A model generated the notes under the pieces. That model was not told where the DNA came from and searched no databases. It saw only the letters and a program-made list of their open reading frames with translations. From positions 324,484-388,483 of the forward strand of contig JADJGZ010000001.1 in NCBI GenBank assembly GCA_016707785.1: a stretch of 64,000 nucleotides of DNA, read 5' to 3'. Shown here piece after piece: positions 1-9,980 of this stretch. The position numbers and the translations under genes are program-made. Positions within the stretch are counted from its first letter, which is position 1; every line of letters starts with the position of its first letter. The stretch is from Bacteroidales bacterium (lineage in GTDB: Bacteria; Bacteroidota; Bacteroidia; Bacteroidales; UBA4417).

Positions 1-611
1 TGTCGTACCTGATCTCTGTACTACTTCTCAATATATTCAGAAAAGGCAATCCTCATATACTTGAAAAATATTTCAAACAATTTCAGCTCTTATCTTCTGC
101 CCTATTCAGTCTGGGGCATGGAGGAAATGATGCACAGAAAGTAATGGGTATCATTGCTGCAACTTTGCTGGTGTATTTCAACGGAGTAGACCCTTCTGAT
201 ATCCCAGCCTGGGCCCATATCACATTTAATGATGCCGGTAAGATTCATGCGATTCCTCATTGGGTAGTTTTTGGATGCTATGCAGCGATTGGTGCAGGCA
301 CTCTATCAGGAGGATGGAGGATTGTGAAAACAATGGGTTCCAAAATCACCAAACTAACTCCATTTGAAGGCGTGGCTGCTGAAAGTGCAGGTGCTATTCT
401 CTTATTTGGGACTGATGCTTTTGGAATTCCTGTCAGCACAACTCATACTATAACCGGTGCTATTATGGGGGTTGGTCTTACAAAAAGAATTACTGCTGTA
501 AGGTGGGGTGTTACTATTAACCTGCTTTATGCCTGGATACTCACAATTCCTGTATCCATGATCCTGTCGGCCCTGATCTATATGGGGTTCAGATTGTTCA
601 ATTTTGGTTAG
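1..611 (+). CDS. PiT-family inorganic phosphate transporter, C-terminal part (5' end outside window)
   Basis: The frame of the 144..611 ORF stays open back to nt 3 and reads ...SALFSLGHGGNDAQKVMGIIA..., a G-N-D-containing PiT/PHO4-type signature. The rest is polytopic hydrophobic helices. Confidence 0.85.
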   Translation, partial: SYLISVLLLNIFRKGNPHILEKYFKQFQLLSSALFSLGHGGNDAQKVMGIIAATLLVYFNGVDPSDIPAWAHITFNDAGKIHAIPHWVVFGCYAAIGAGTLSGGWRIVKTMGSKITKLTPFEGVAAESAGAILLFGTDAFGIPVSTTHTITGAIMGVGLTKRITAVRWGVTINLLYAWILTIPVSMILSALIYMGFRLFNFG

Positions 612-635
612 TCTTCCTGGCGGGTTGATAAAAAT

Positions 636-1331
636 TCATCGTTCACCAAATATGAGTGAACCAACCCTTACCATGGTACTCCCCTCTTCGACCGCAATTT
701 TGTAATCGCCGGACATCCCCATTGAGACCTCACTGAAGGTCTCTCTTTCTTTGAAATAGTTTGATTTCAGGTATTCATAATGACTTCGGAGGCTTTTAAA
801 CTCTTGGCGGACTTGTTGAAAATTTTCAGTAAAAGATGCCATTCCCATTACCCCTTTTATATCGATATTCCTGAGACCTTTAAATTCGTCTGATTCAAGC
901 ATCTGGCATGATTCCTCCAGGCTGAGTCCAAACTTTGTCTCTTCCTGGGCAATATAGAATTGTAATAACACTCCCACCACCCTATCCTGGCGCTCAGCTT
1001 CCCTGTTAATTTCCTTCAAAAGCCTGAAACTATCCACACTCTGGATAAGTTTAGTAAAAGGAATCAGGCTTTTTATTTTATTGGTTTGCAAATGGCCTAT
1101 AAAATGCCAATGGATAGCTTCCGGGAGCAAAGGAGCTTTTTGCAGCAATTCCTGAACCCTGCTTTCAGCAAAATCCAAATGCCTGGTATTTTCATATATT
1201 TCTCCAACGGAATCTACTGGTTTGAATTTTGAAACTACAATTAATTTTACTTCTCCAGGTAAGGATTGCCGTATGCTGAGAAAATTCTGTATTAAAGTCA
1301 TTTCCGGAATAATATCTTTTAATAATGTCAA
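636..1331 (-). CDS. yggS: YggS/PLPBP-family pyridoxal-phosphate-binding protein
   Basis: 231-aa ORF with LIVVSKFKP (PLP-lysine context) and HFIGHLQTNK motifs typical of YggS. An alternative start at 1301 (MTLIQNF...) is equally plausible. Confidence 0.85.
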   Translation of the reverse strand: MTLLKDIIPEMTLIQNFLSIRQSLPGEVKLIVVSKFKPVDSVGEIYENTRHLDFAESRVQELLQKAPLLPEAIHWHFIGHLQTNKIKSLIPFTKLIQSVDSFRLLKEINREAERQDRVVGVLLQFYIAQEETKFGLSLEESCQMLESDEFKGLRNIDIKGVMGMASFTENFQQVRQEFKSLRSHYEYLKSNYFKERETFSEVSMGMSGDYKIAVEEGSTMVRVGSLIFGER

Positions 1332-1472
1332 AATTATGCAATTTGATCCTAGGCGAAGATATTACCTATTTATATATGAGTAAATAAATGTTAATAAGGC
1401 TTTGAAGTTGGCGTTTAAGATTTAATTTCTTATTCAAATAAACCAAAAAACCATAATAATGGTTATATTCGT

Positions 1473-4304
1473 GTGATAAAGCCGGAGAAAAAAAATAAAC
1501 CCATAAACATGAATTTGATTAAGTTCAATAATAATAATTCAGATAAAAGCCCTTCAGGTACACCAAGCCTTTCAAAGATTTTTTTCCTTATTTCTTTGTT
1601 TGTAGCTATGTTGACAGTTCTCTGCCTGATAACTTATATCGCTATTTCAGATTATCAACATTATAAAGCTGAAACTGAATCACTCAGGATTAAATTCCCT
1701 GAACAACAAAAGCATGAGCTTAAGTACAGGATTCTGGCTGCCAAGGATTATATTCATTTCGTTAGGACCCATTCCGTTGACTTTATCAATGCACATATTA
1801 ATAATAAAATATCCAAGGCTATTGATTTATTCAACCGTGGAAAGATCATCACACCTGGTGAACCTTTGAAAATAAAACCCGAAATTGCAGATAGTCTTTA
1901 CCTGTTATTTCTTACTTCCAAGTTACAGATAGCCATTTCAGATTCAACAGGTCAGCCTGTCTTTACCAGTGAACCCGATTCATCTGTTGAACTCACAAAT
2001 AGTTCAATTTGGAAGAGATATAAAGAGTTCAGCGCAACCTCCAAGTCCTCTCCAATTTTTGATGGCTGGAAATATTTTGCACAAAATAAACAGCCAAAAT
2101 GTATTTCATTCGGTACTATTCCTGGCAGTAACTTCCAACTTCATGCTGTTTACCAACTGTCTGATTCTACCAGTCTGATGCAGGAACTGGTATTGGATAG
2201 TCTTGTTACCATCAGGTATGAAAATGGAGAATACATTTTCATCAATACTTTTGATGGATTTGGGTTGATCACTAAAGGTGTTTTGCAGCATATACCACTT
2301 AAAATTACTCAAGGACAGGATACAAACTGGATCAATATCTTTCAGAAAGAACTGGAGTTTGCCAATAGTCTTTCAGGTAATTACCTAAATTATTCCTGGG
2401 CAAAGGATTCTTCATCAGGTTATTCAGAAAAAGTATCCTATATATCCGGTATTGCTGATTGGAAATGGATTTTAGGAACAGGGATGCATACCAATGATAT
2501 CCATCCCATCTTACAGGCCAGGAAAGCTGAACTCAGGCAATCGATGATTTCAAAATTTATCAGTCTGGTCATATTCATGATTGTATTGGTTCTCATCATA
2601 TACTTCATTACCCGGTATATAACCAATCTTTCATCGTCAAATATCAGGTTATTTGTAAAATTCTTCAAGAATGCATCTATAAACTTGCAGCAAATTGATG
2701 AGTCACAGATCCATTTCAGGGAATTTCAAACCCTGGCAAAAGCAGCCAACCATATGATCAGTGAGCGCGATCGTATTAAAACTGATTTAGAAACTGAACA
2801 AAGCAGGTTAAAGTATATGATCGACTCTATTCCTGATATGATATTTTTCAAGGGTACTGATAGCCTTTTTGTTGGATGTAATAGGGCTTTTGAGAAATAC
2901 ATCGGAAAAAAATCTGCCGAAATCCGTGGTTTAACTGAATATGATCTTTTCTCAAAGGCACATGCTGATCTTTATACTGAAACAGACAGAAGGCTGATGA
3001 GTAACCTGGAACCTATCCGATCCACTGACTGGGTTACCTATCCAGATGGCAGGAAAGTATTGGCAGACACCTTAAAAACACTTTATTTTGATACAGAAGG
3101 AAAGGTTTTAGGAATTATCGGCATAAGCCGGGATATTACTGAAATGGAGGAAACCAGGCAGCGATTGATCATGGCAAAAGAAAAAGCCGAAGAATCTGAT
3201 CGGCTGAAGACTGCTTTTCTTGCTAATATGTCTCATGAGATTCGGACTCCCATGAATGCAATTATCGGATTCTCTGACCTGCTTTCCGATGAGGATCTTG
3301 CACCAGAGGACCGGGAAGATTTTATCTCAAAAATTAAATTATCCGGCGAATCATTAATGAATATCATCAATGACATTATTGATATTGCAAAAATTGAAGC
3401 CGGTCAACTTAAAATAACTGATGCTGAATGCGATATAGATAAATTACTGGCAAACCTTTATGGTACATTCTCTGAAATAAAGAATAGAAGCCATAAGAGT
3501 GAACTGGAATTAAAACTTAATCTCCCTTCATCTGATACACCCCTGGTTACCATTGCAGACCCATTGCGATTGCACCAGGTTTTAACGAACCTTTTGAGTA
3601 ATGCATTAAAATTTACCGAGTTCGGTCAGATTGAATTTGGCTATACCTTTAAGGATTCCATTATTCAGTTTTTTGTCCGTGATACGGGCATTGGGATATT
3701 GCGATCAAAGCAGCAGCTTTTGTTCCAACGTTTCAGTCAGCTGGATCAAAGCACAACCAGGAAATATGGAGGCACCGGACTTGGATTAGCTATCTCAAAG
3801 AATATTGTTGAATTGATGGGAGGTTCTATCTGGCTTGAGTCGGAGCCCGGCCAAGGTTCACTTTTCCAGTTTACACTTCCTTACAGGGCTGTAGAAGTAG
3901 AAAATATAGCAGCATTTTCTGTTGACGATACCATTAACTGGAAGAATAAAAAGATTCTGATTGCGGAAGATATTGATCAAAATTACATCCTGATGGAAGC
4001 AGTTCTGAAGTTTACACAGGTAACCCTTTTGCATGCGCCTAATGGACAGGTAGCCATTGATCTTGTTAAGGAACATTCTGACATCGATCTGATTCTTATG
4101 GATATCCAGCTTCCAGTTAAGACCGGTTATGAAGCCATTCAGGAAATCCTTCAGATATACCCTGAACTTCCTATCATCAGTTTTACTGCTTATGCATTAC
4201 CCAGGGAAAAAGAGAAGAGCCTTGAAGCCGGTTGTGTTGATTTCCTTAATAAACCCATCAAACCCGACCAACTGTTGAACGTGATCAGGAAGTATATGAA
4301 CTGA
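1473..4304 (+). CDS. Hybrid sensor histidine kinase / response regulator with large extracytoplasmic sensor domain
   Basis: 943-aa ORF with a GTG start at 1473 (ATG alternative at 1509). Two TM helices flank a roughly 300-aa external region. It has a PAS-like segment, the H-box FLANMSHEIRTPMNAI, HATPase G-boxes (RDTGIGI, GGTGLGLAIS) and a C-terminal receiver (KILIAEDI...LILMDIQLP). Confidence 0.9.
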   Translation: MIKPEKKNKPINMNLIKFNNNNSDKSPSGTPSLSKIFFLISLFVAMLTVLCLITYIAISDYQHYKAETESLRIKFPEQQKHELKYRILAAKDYIHFVRTHSVDFINAHINNKISKAIDLFNRGKIITPGEPLKIKPEIADSLYLLFLTSKLQIAISDSTGQPVFTSEPDSSVELTNSSIWKRYKEFSATSKSSPIFDGWKYFAQNKQPKCISFGTIPGSNFQLHAVYQLSDSTSLMQELVLDSLVTIRYENGEYIFINTFDGFGLITKGVLQHIPLKITQGQDTNWINIFQKELEFANSLSGNYLNYSWAKDSSSGYSEKVSYISGIADWKWILGTGMHTNDIHPILQARKAELRQSMISKFISLVIFMIVLVLIIYFITRYITNLSSSNIRLFVKFFKNASINLQQIDESQIHFREFQTLAKAANHMISERDRIKTDLETEQSRLKYMIDSIPDMIFFKGTDSLFVGCNRAFEKYIGKKSAEIRGLTEYDLFSKAHADLYTETDRRLMSNLEPIRSTDWVTYPDGRKVLADTLKTLYFDTEGKVLGIIGISRDITEMEETRQRLIMAKEKAEESDRLKTAFLANMSHEIRTPMNAIIGFSDLLSDEDLAPEDREDFISKIKLSGESLMNIINDIIDIAKIEAGQLKITDAECDIDKLLANLYGTFSEIKNRSHKSELELKLNLPSSDTPLVTIADPLRLHQVLTNLLSNALKFTEFGQIEFGYTFKDSIIQFFVRDTGIGILRSKQQLLFQRFSQLDQSTTRKYGGTGLGLAISKNIVELMGGSIWLESEPGQGSLFQFTLPYRAVEVENIAAFSVDDTINWKNKKILIAEDIDQNYILMEAVLKFTQVTLLHAPNGQVAIDLVKEHSDIDLILMDIQLPVKTGYEAIQEILQIYPELPIISFTAYALPREKEKSLEAGCVDFLNKPIKPDQLLNVIRKYMN

Positions 4305-4367
4305 TAATAGGGATTAGTATTTTGTGATACTGTCCTTTCCTTTGAAATTCCATTCTTTTAAAAAAAA

Positions 4368-4409
4368 GTATCCCGGGAAAATTGATAAAATCAACATTCC
4401 CGGGATATT
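4368..4409. terminator. Bidirectional hairpin between convergent genes
   Basis: tatcccgggaa (4369-4379) pairs perfectly with ttcccgggata (4398-4408). An A-run lies upstream and AT-rich sequence downstream. It sits between the kinase stop (4304) and the DUF1015 stop (4430). Confidence 0.6.
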
Positions 4410-4429
4410 AAATAATAGGATGATCCTTA

Positions 4430-5680
4430 TCAATCAAGTGAATGAACCACTAATCCACTTCTTAGCTTTGGCTCGAACCAGGTTGTTTTAGGAGGCATTA
4501 TATTACCGGTATCTGCAATATCTATCAGTTGTTTCATAGAAACCGGATATAAGGCAAAAGCAGCCACATGGTCTCCTTTATCTACCCTTTTACTCAGTTC
4601 TGATAAACCTCTTATTCCGCCTACGAAATCAATTCTTTTAGAAGTGCGAAGATCTTTGATATCCAGAATGGGTTCGAGGATGAGATTGGATAAAATGGTG
4701 ACATCCAGAATACCAATAGGATCAGCATCGTTGTAATGCCCGGGTTTGGCAGTGAGTGAGTACCATTCGCCTCCCAGGTACATTGAAAAGTTGTGAAGTC
4801 CAGAAGGTTTATAAATTTCTTTACCGGAGTGTTTGATAATGAAAACATCCTCCAGTTTGGAAAGAAATTCATCTGTACTCAATCCATTGAGGTCTTTGAC
4901 AAGCCTGTTATAATCAATGATTTTCAGCTGATTATCCGGGAATAAAACAGACATGAAGTAATTATATTCTTCCTTTCCTGTATGAGAAGGATTGTTTTGT
5001 TTTTTCTCCAGTCCGACCCTGGCAGCCGCAGCTGTTCGGTGATGGCCGTCTGCAACATAAATACTGGGGATTTCTTTTTCAAAGATTTCTACTATCCTGT
5101 TGATGGTATTTTTATCATTGATAATCCAGAAGTGATGCCCGAATCCATCATCTGAAATAAAATCATATACAGCTGCTTCCTTTGTTACAATCGCAGCCAC
5201 CATACTATCTATTTCAGGATTGGACGGATAGGAAAAAAAGACTGGTTCCACATTTGCATTTGTGATCCTGACATGGATCATTCTGTCTTCCTCTTTATCT
5301 TTCCTGGTAAGTTCATGCTTTTTAATGTGATTATTGAAGTAATCTTCAATATGCGTACAACCTACGATACCATACTGGGTCCGTCCATCCATGGTCTGAG
5401 CATATATGTATAACTTTTCTGCCTCATCCTGTATCAGCCAGCCATTCTTTTTAAAGGACCGGAAATTTTCGACCACTTTATCATAAACCTCCTGGCTATG
5501 TTCATCAATTCCAACTGGAAGGTCAATTTCAGCTTTAGTGACATGAAGCAATGAATATGGATTTCCATCGGCTTCAATGCGAGCTTCATCTGAGTTCAGC
5601 ACATCATAAGGACGTGAGGCTAATTGTTTTACCAGCTGTACCGGAGGGCGCAATCCCCTGAAAGGTTTAACTATTGACAT
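4430..5680 (-). CDS. DUF1015 family protein
   Basis: 416-aa ORF. It shows the family pattern I recall for DUF1015: N-terminal KPFRGLRP, PYDV, YIYAQ...G, then IYVADGHHRTAAA. Confidence 0.8.
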   Translation of the reverse strand: MSIVKPFRGLRPPVQLVKQLASRPYDVLNSDEARIEADGNPYSLLHVTKAEIDLPVGIDEHSQEVYDKVVENFRSFKKNGWLIQDEAEKLYIYAQTMDGRTQYGIVGCTHIEDYFNNHIKKHELTRKDKEEDRMIHVRITNANVEPVFFSYPSNPEIDSMVAAIVTKEAAVYDFISDDGFGHHFWIINDKNTINRIVEIFEKEIPSIYVADGHHRTAAAARVGLEKKQNNPSHTGKEEYNYFMSVLFPDNQLKIIDYNRLVKDLNGLSTDEFLSKLEDVFIIKHSGKEIYKPSGLHNFSMYLGGEWYSLTAKPGHYNDADPIGILDVTILSNLILEPILDIKDLRTSKRIDFVGGIRGLSELSKRVDKGDHVAAFALYPVSMKQLIDIADTGNIMPPKTTWFEPKLRSGLVVHSLD

Positions 5681-5874
5681 GGTATTACAGGTTAATTATT
5701 AATTAGGACATTGTTTTTCAACACTATAGACTGGTATAAAAAATATTTTGGGCAGATTGAATAAAGCTGCAAAATAATAAAAACCGGCACAATGTGACTT
5801 GAACCGGTTAGAAATTATAAAGATTTTTTTCAGAAATATTTGATCTGAAAATGTCAGGTCATTGAAGGACAGGA

Positions 5875-6285
5875 TCAATCGTCATCGGTATCGACTATAC
5901 CGGCTGATCTTTGCAATGATCCAATTAATGCTCCCAGCATTTTGGTCATTTCCATTAATTGATGCCTTGACTCATCTTGTTCAACTGTTGAAATAAGCTT
6001 TTGTTTTTCAGCGAGTGAGGTGTGTACTACACATTCCCTGACCGAACTTTTGGCCATTTTGAGATAATAAATAAACTGGCTTTTGTTCCTGGCTGAACCT
6101 TCCGCTATATGGAGGGCAATAGCCTGGGCAGAGTCGTAATATCTTTTAGACAGGGAAGAATGTCCATTCTCGGAGAATATACTTACCTTCTTATAAACCC
6201 AATCAATATAATCAAGTGCTTTGTGATAGACCCTGAGGTCTTCAAAGCGAAAAAATGTTGTAGTTTTTTCAAGATCAGTCTCCAT
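5875..6285 (-). CDS. Four-helix-bundle protein (23S rRNA intervening-sequence protein family)
   Basis: 136-aa ORF beginning ...FRFEDLRVYHKALDYIDWVYK and later IAEGSAR...F..YL..A.SS..E, typical of the TIGR02436-type four-helix-bundle family. Confidence 0.75.
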   Translation of the reverse strand: METDLEKTTTFFRFEDLRVYHKALDYIDWVYKKVSIFSENGHSSLSKRYYDSAQAIALHIAEGSARNKSQFIYYLKMAKSSVRECVVHTSLAEKQKLISTVEQDESRHQLMEMTKMLGALIGSLQRSAGIVDTDDD

Positions 6286-6396
6286 GTTAATTAAAATTTA
6301 AGTTTGATGGGTTTTTGGTAACATCCGAAAATACTAATACGCAGATTTGGTAATAAAAACATGCTAATATAAAGAAAAAAATAAATAAAATAATTC

Positions 6397-6507
6397 AAGG
6401 CAACCTGATTTCTTTGTTTTTTTTAAAAATCTAGAGTTTCTTATTTCACGAACATCGCAAAACAAAAGAAAAAAAAACTTCTATTCTATTGGAAATCAGG
6501 TTGCCTT
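6397..6507 (-). terminator. Long imperfect hairpin downstream of serA (possible terminator)
   Basis: 16-bp perfect inverted repeat aaggcaacctgatttc (6397-6412) / gaaatcaggttgcctt (6492-6507), with further partial pairing inside (ctttgtttt / aaaacaaaag). On the minus strand it is followed by a T-rich tract. Confidence 0.35.
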
Positions 6508-6543
6508 ATTACACTTTTTAATCAAAATACCCGAGGTCGTCTA

Positions 6544-7467
6544 CTATTTATTGACCTGGAATGATTTGTCACCCTTTTCAAAGAAATCAACTATTTGGTT
6601 GGCAGCAGCTAATCCGGCATTATTATTTGCTTCAGAAGTCTGTGCCCCGATTTTCTTAGGGGTAAAGAAGAACCTCCCGGAAAATGTTTCAGCAATCATC
6701 GATTTACAATCGGGTTCCACATCAGAATAGTATTTAAAATCAGGCCTGTCTGTGAAAATCTTAACCAGAGATTCTTCATCAACAACTTCCTTTCTGGCGG
6801 TATTTACCAGGGTAGCACCTTTAGGCATTTTTGAAAGGAGGTCGTAATTGATAGACTTCTTGGTATTAGCATTTGCCGGCATATGCAGAGAAATATACTG
6901 ACATGTCTGGTATAATTCATTGGCCGTTGCCATCCAGTGGATTCCTTCTGCATTCATGGTTTCTTCTGATACAAATGGATCGTAGGCATAAACTTCCATT
7001 CCAAATCCTTTGGCAATGGTTGCTACGGCTTTTCCAACATATCCGAAGGCATGTAAACCCAGTTTTTTCCCTTTCAATTCAGTACCTGAGGTGCCATTAT
7101 AATTGTTACGGGCAGCCATTACCATCATACCAATTGCGAGTTCTGCAACGGCATTTGAATTCTGACCGGGGGTATTCATTGCGACTACTCCTTGTTTTGT
7201 TGCGGATTCAAGATCAATATTGTCATAACCAGCTCCTGCCCGAACAACAATCTTTACTTTTTTGGATGCTTCAAGTACATCTTTATCGACAATATCGCTA
7301 CGGATGATGATGGCATCGGCTTCTGCAGCAGCAGCAATTAAATCTGATTTCAGAGTATAGTTCTCCAGTAGCAGTAACTCATACCCGGCATTATCAATAA
7401 TCTTGCGGATACCTTCTACTGCAACTTTGGCAAAAGGTTTTTCTGTTGCAACTAAAATCTTTCTCAT
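6544..7467 (-). CDS. serA: D-3-phosphoglycerate dehydrogenase / D-isomer 2-hydroxyacid dehydrogenase (short form, no ACT domain)
   Basis: 307-aa ORF with the Rossmann motif GLHAFGYVGKAV and a 2-hydroxyacid dehydrogenase layout. It lies directly downstream of serC. Confidence 0.8.
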   Translation of the reverse strand: MRKILVATEKPFAKVAVEGIRKIIDNAGYELLLLENYTLKSDLIAAAAEADAIIIRSDIVDKDVLEASKKVKIVVRAGAGYDNIDLESATKQGVVAMNTPGQNSNAVAELAIGMMVMAARNNYNGTSGTELKGKKLGLHAFGYVGKAVATIAKGFGMEVYAYDPFVSEETMNAEGIHWMATANELYQTCQYISLHMPANANTKKSINYDLLSKMPKGATLVNTARKEVVDEESLVKIFTDRPDFKYYSDVEPDCKSMIAETFSGRFFFTPKKIGAQTSEANNNAGLAAANQIVDFFEKGDKSFQVNK

Positions 7468-7525
7468 AGGTATGTTTTTAGTGTAAGAATGGACATTTAA
7501 CCATTAACTGTCCGGATCAAATCAA

Positions 7526-8596
7526 TTAAGCGTGGATATTCTCAAATTCATTCATACAATCGACCAATGCCTGGACACTTTCAATAGGTAGTGCATTGTA
7601 AGCTGAAGCCCTGAAACCTCCAACTGACCGATGGCCTTTGATACCAATCATTCCTTTGGTTTTGGCGAATTCCATGAAAGCGTCTTCCTTATCGGCATAC
7701 TTTTCTTTCATGACAAAGCAAATATTCATGATTGAACGGGCTTCCTTCACGGCGGTACCGACAAACATCCTGCTATTATCAATGGCATTATACAGAAGGT
7801 TGGCCTTTGCATTGTCAAGCTCTTCCATTTTCTTTACACCACCCATATCCTTTACCCATTTAAGGGTTTCCTTTAAAGTGTAGATATTAATACAAGGAGG
7901 TGTGTTGAACATAGATCCTTCTTTAATATGTGTGCGATAATCAAGCATAGTAGGAATAACCCTTTCAACTTTGCCCAGCATATCTTCACGAACAATAACG
8001 AAAGTAACACCAGCAGGACCTGCATTTTTCTGCGCGCCACCATAAATCATGGCATATTTTGAAACATCAACCGGACGGCTTAGGATATCGCTCGACATAT
8101 CAGCAATCAATGGAACCTTACAATCAAAATCTGTTCTGATTTCTGTCCCATAAATCGTATTATTGGTAGTGATATGGAAATAATCTGCGTCTGCAGGAAC
8201 TTCCCATCCCTGGGGAATATATGTGAAGTTTTTATCAGAAGATGAGCCCACAACAGCTACTTCTCCAAATAATTTAGCTTCCTTAATAGCTTTCTTTGCC
8301 CAAACACCTGTCTCCAGGTAGGCAGCTTTCTTGTTCATAAAATTGAAAGGCACCATGCAGAACTGAAGACTGGCTCCACCTCCAAGGAAGAGAACCTGAT
8401 AACCTTCAGGAATATTTAGTACTTCTTTAAAGAGACTAACTGCTTCATCCATTACAGCCTGGAAATCTTTGCTTCTATGAGAAATCTCCAGAATTGACAT
8501 CCCAATTCCATTGAAATCAAGAATTGCTTTGGCAGTATTCTCAATAGCCACCTGGGGAAGGATACATGGACCGGCATTAAAATTGTGTTTTTTCAT
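7526..8596 (-). CDS. serC: Phosphoserine aminotransferase
   Basis: 356-aa ORF with N-terminal [11 protein letters not shown] and class-V aminotransferase length and layout. It is adjacent to serA. Confidence 0.92.
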   Translation of the reverse strand: MKKHNFNAGPCILPQVAIENTAKAILDFNGIGMSILEISHRSKDFQAVMDEAVSLFKEVLNIPEGYQVLFLGGGASLQFCMVPFNFMNKKAAYLETGVWAKKAIKEAKLFGEVAVVGSSSDKNFTYIPQGWEVPADADYFHITTNNTIYGTEIRTDFDCKVPLIADMSSDILSRPVDVSKYAMIYGGAQKNAGPAGVTFVIVREDMLGKVERVIPTMLDYRTHIKEGSMFNTPPCINIYTLKETLKWVKDMGGVKKMEELDNAKANLLYNAIDNSRMFVGTAVKEARSIMNICFVMKEKYADKEDAFMEFAKTKGMIGIKGHRSVGGFRASAYNALPIESVQALVDCMNEFENIHA

Positions 8597-8883
8597 ACGA
8601 AAAAGGTTTAGTTAATTCTTTAAAAAGTTATTATTCTGTGAGTTGACTAACAATCAAAAATAACTGTTACTCTTATAGATACCTTCTGAATCTTGATACA
8701 AAGCTATAAAACAAATAATTCATTCAAAAAAAAATCAGATACTTTTTATACTCATTCCTGGAAGGTTTGCGAAAGCAATTCTGAATAGAAAAAGTTATCC
8801 CGGAAAGAAGTCTTGCAAACCCTTTCAAATTCAGCATTTCCAATCGAAATGAAGATTAGAAACAAGCCTTTAAAACATGAAAA

Positions 8884-9792
8884 TCATCTCGTTTTGGCTT
8901 TCTTTCCGGGAGCTTGGAGGGTTGGATTCTCAACCATAATATCTTCTGCCAGAACCCAGTATCCTTCTTTAAAAATATAAGCATCATATGTATCTCCAGC
9001 AGGGACATAAAACCTTCCTATTCCTGTCAAACTAGGATCCATTGGTGCCAGTCGGTCCATTACTATCATCCATTCAGGTACTTCCCTGGTTCGACGCCCT
9101 TTCTGAACCATCAATTTCTGGTAATCATACCTTAATAATGCATTTGCATTTTCAGCATACTCAATGAGAACCCTTGATTTTAATCCTTCCTTGGTTTTAA
9201 AAACAGCTTCACCAAGAAAAGGAGTGCCTGAATCATCAAAGCTTAGAATATCAATTATTTTGAAATTTGAGGTCGCATTATGTCCATCCCAACCTAACAG
9301 TGTATAATAGGTTCTATGATTGTAAGACTTTTCGACAAGAGAATAATATATGGCACCATACCATTGATCCAGGGGAATCTTCTCCTTTGGAAATCCGGTA
9401 AGGTTGGATTCTCCTGACTTCATCAAAACGATATTACCCCTTTCTGTCAGCAGAATACCATTATAATGAAAGAATCCTTCTGAAAGTGGAACATTCCAGG
9501 TAAAAAGCCTGAAGCGGGAGTCTTTGTCCTTGAGTTTTGATATTCCTTTCAGCGAATCAAATGGATATTCAAAGGCTCCTTCCGAAGATAGCACAGCCAT
9601 GAGTTTATTTGTCATTTTCTCATTAAGCTGTAGTTTTACAGAGTCACTTTTAGTTTTCCATAGTTGAGTCCCCATTTTCACCAACGTGTCTTCCTGCTGC
9701 TGAAATTCGCCTGGAATCTGAGCCTTTAAAGATTTATGGCCTGAAATAACAAGCAAGAATATGATTAGAATGAAGCTGTTTTTTAAACTCAT
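8884..9792 (-). CDS. Secreted hypothetical protein
   Basis: 302-aa ORF with an N-terminal signal peptide (ILIIFLLVISGHKSLKAQ). I recognise no family. Confidence 0.55.
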   Translation of the reverse strand: MSLKNSFILIIFLLVISGHKSLKAQIPGEFQQQEDTLVKMGTQLWKTKSDSVKLQLNEKMTNKLMAVLSSEGAFEYPFDSLKGISKLKDKDSRFRLFTWNVPLSEGFFHYNGILLTERGNIVLMKSGESNLTGFPKEKIPLDQWYGAIYYSLVEKSYNHRTYYTLLGWDGHNATSNFKIIDILSFDDSGTPFLGEAVFKTKEGLKSRVLIEYAENANALLRYDYQKLMVQKGRRTREVPEWMIVMDRLAPMDPSLTGIGRFYVPAGDTYDAYIFKEGYWVLAEDIMVENPTLQAPGKKAKTR

Positions 9793-9980
9793 AAGTATTG
9801 TAATGAATTATCATACAAAAGTATACGATTAAGCGGTAATTTTGCTATCCAAATCGCCTGATGCAAGCCCGGTACCCGGATTCAGGGAGAAGTTACTGAT
9901 TATCAATCCTTCCGGTTTGAAGATTACTGTTGAATATTAACAAAGTCTCTTAAAAGGAAGACCCATAAACACCTCAAAAT

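Noticed and set aside
6873-7307. 144-aa plus-strand ORF inside serA.
   Set aside because: It is antisense to a conserved dehydrogenase CDS.
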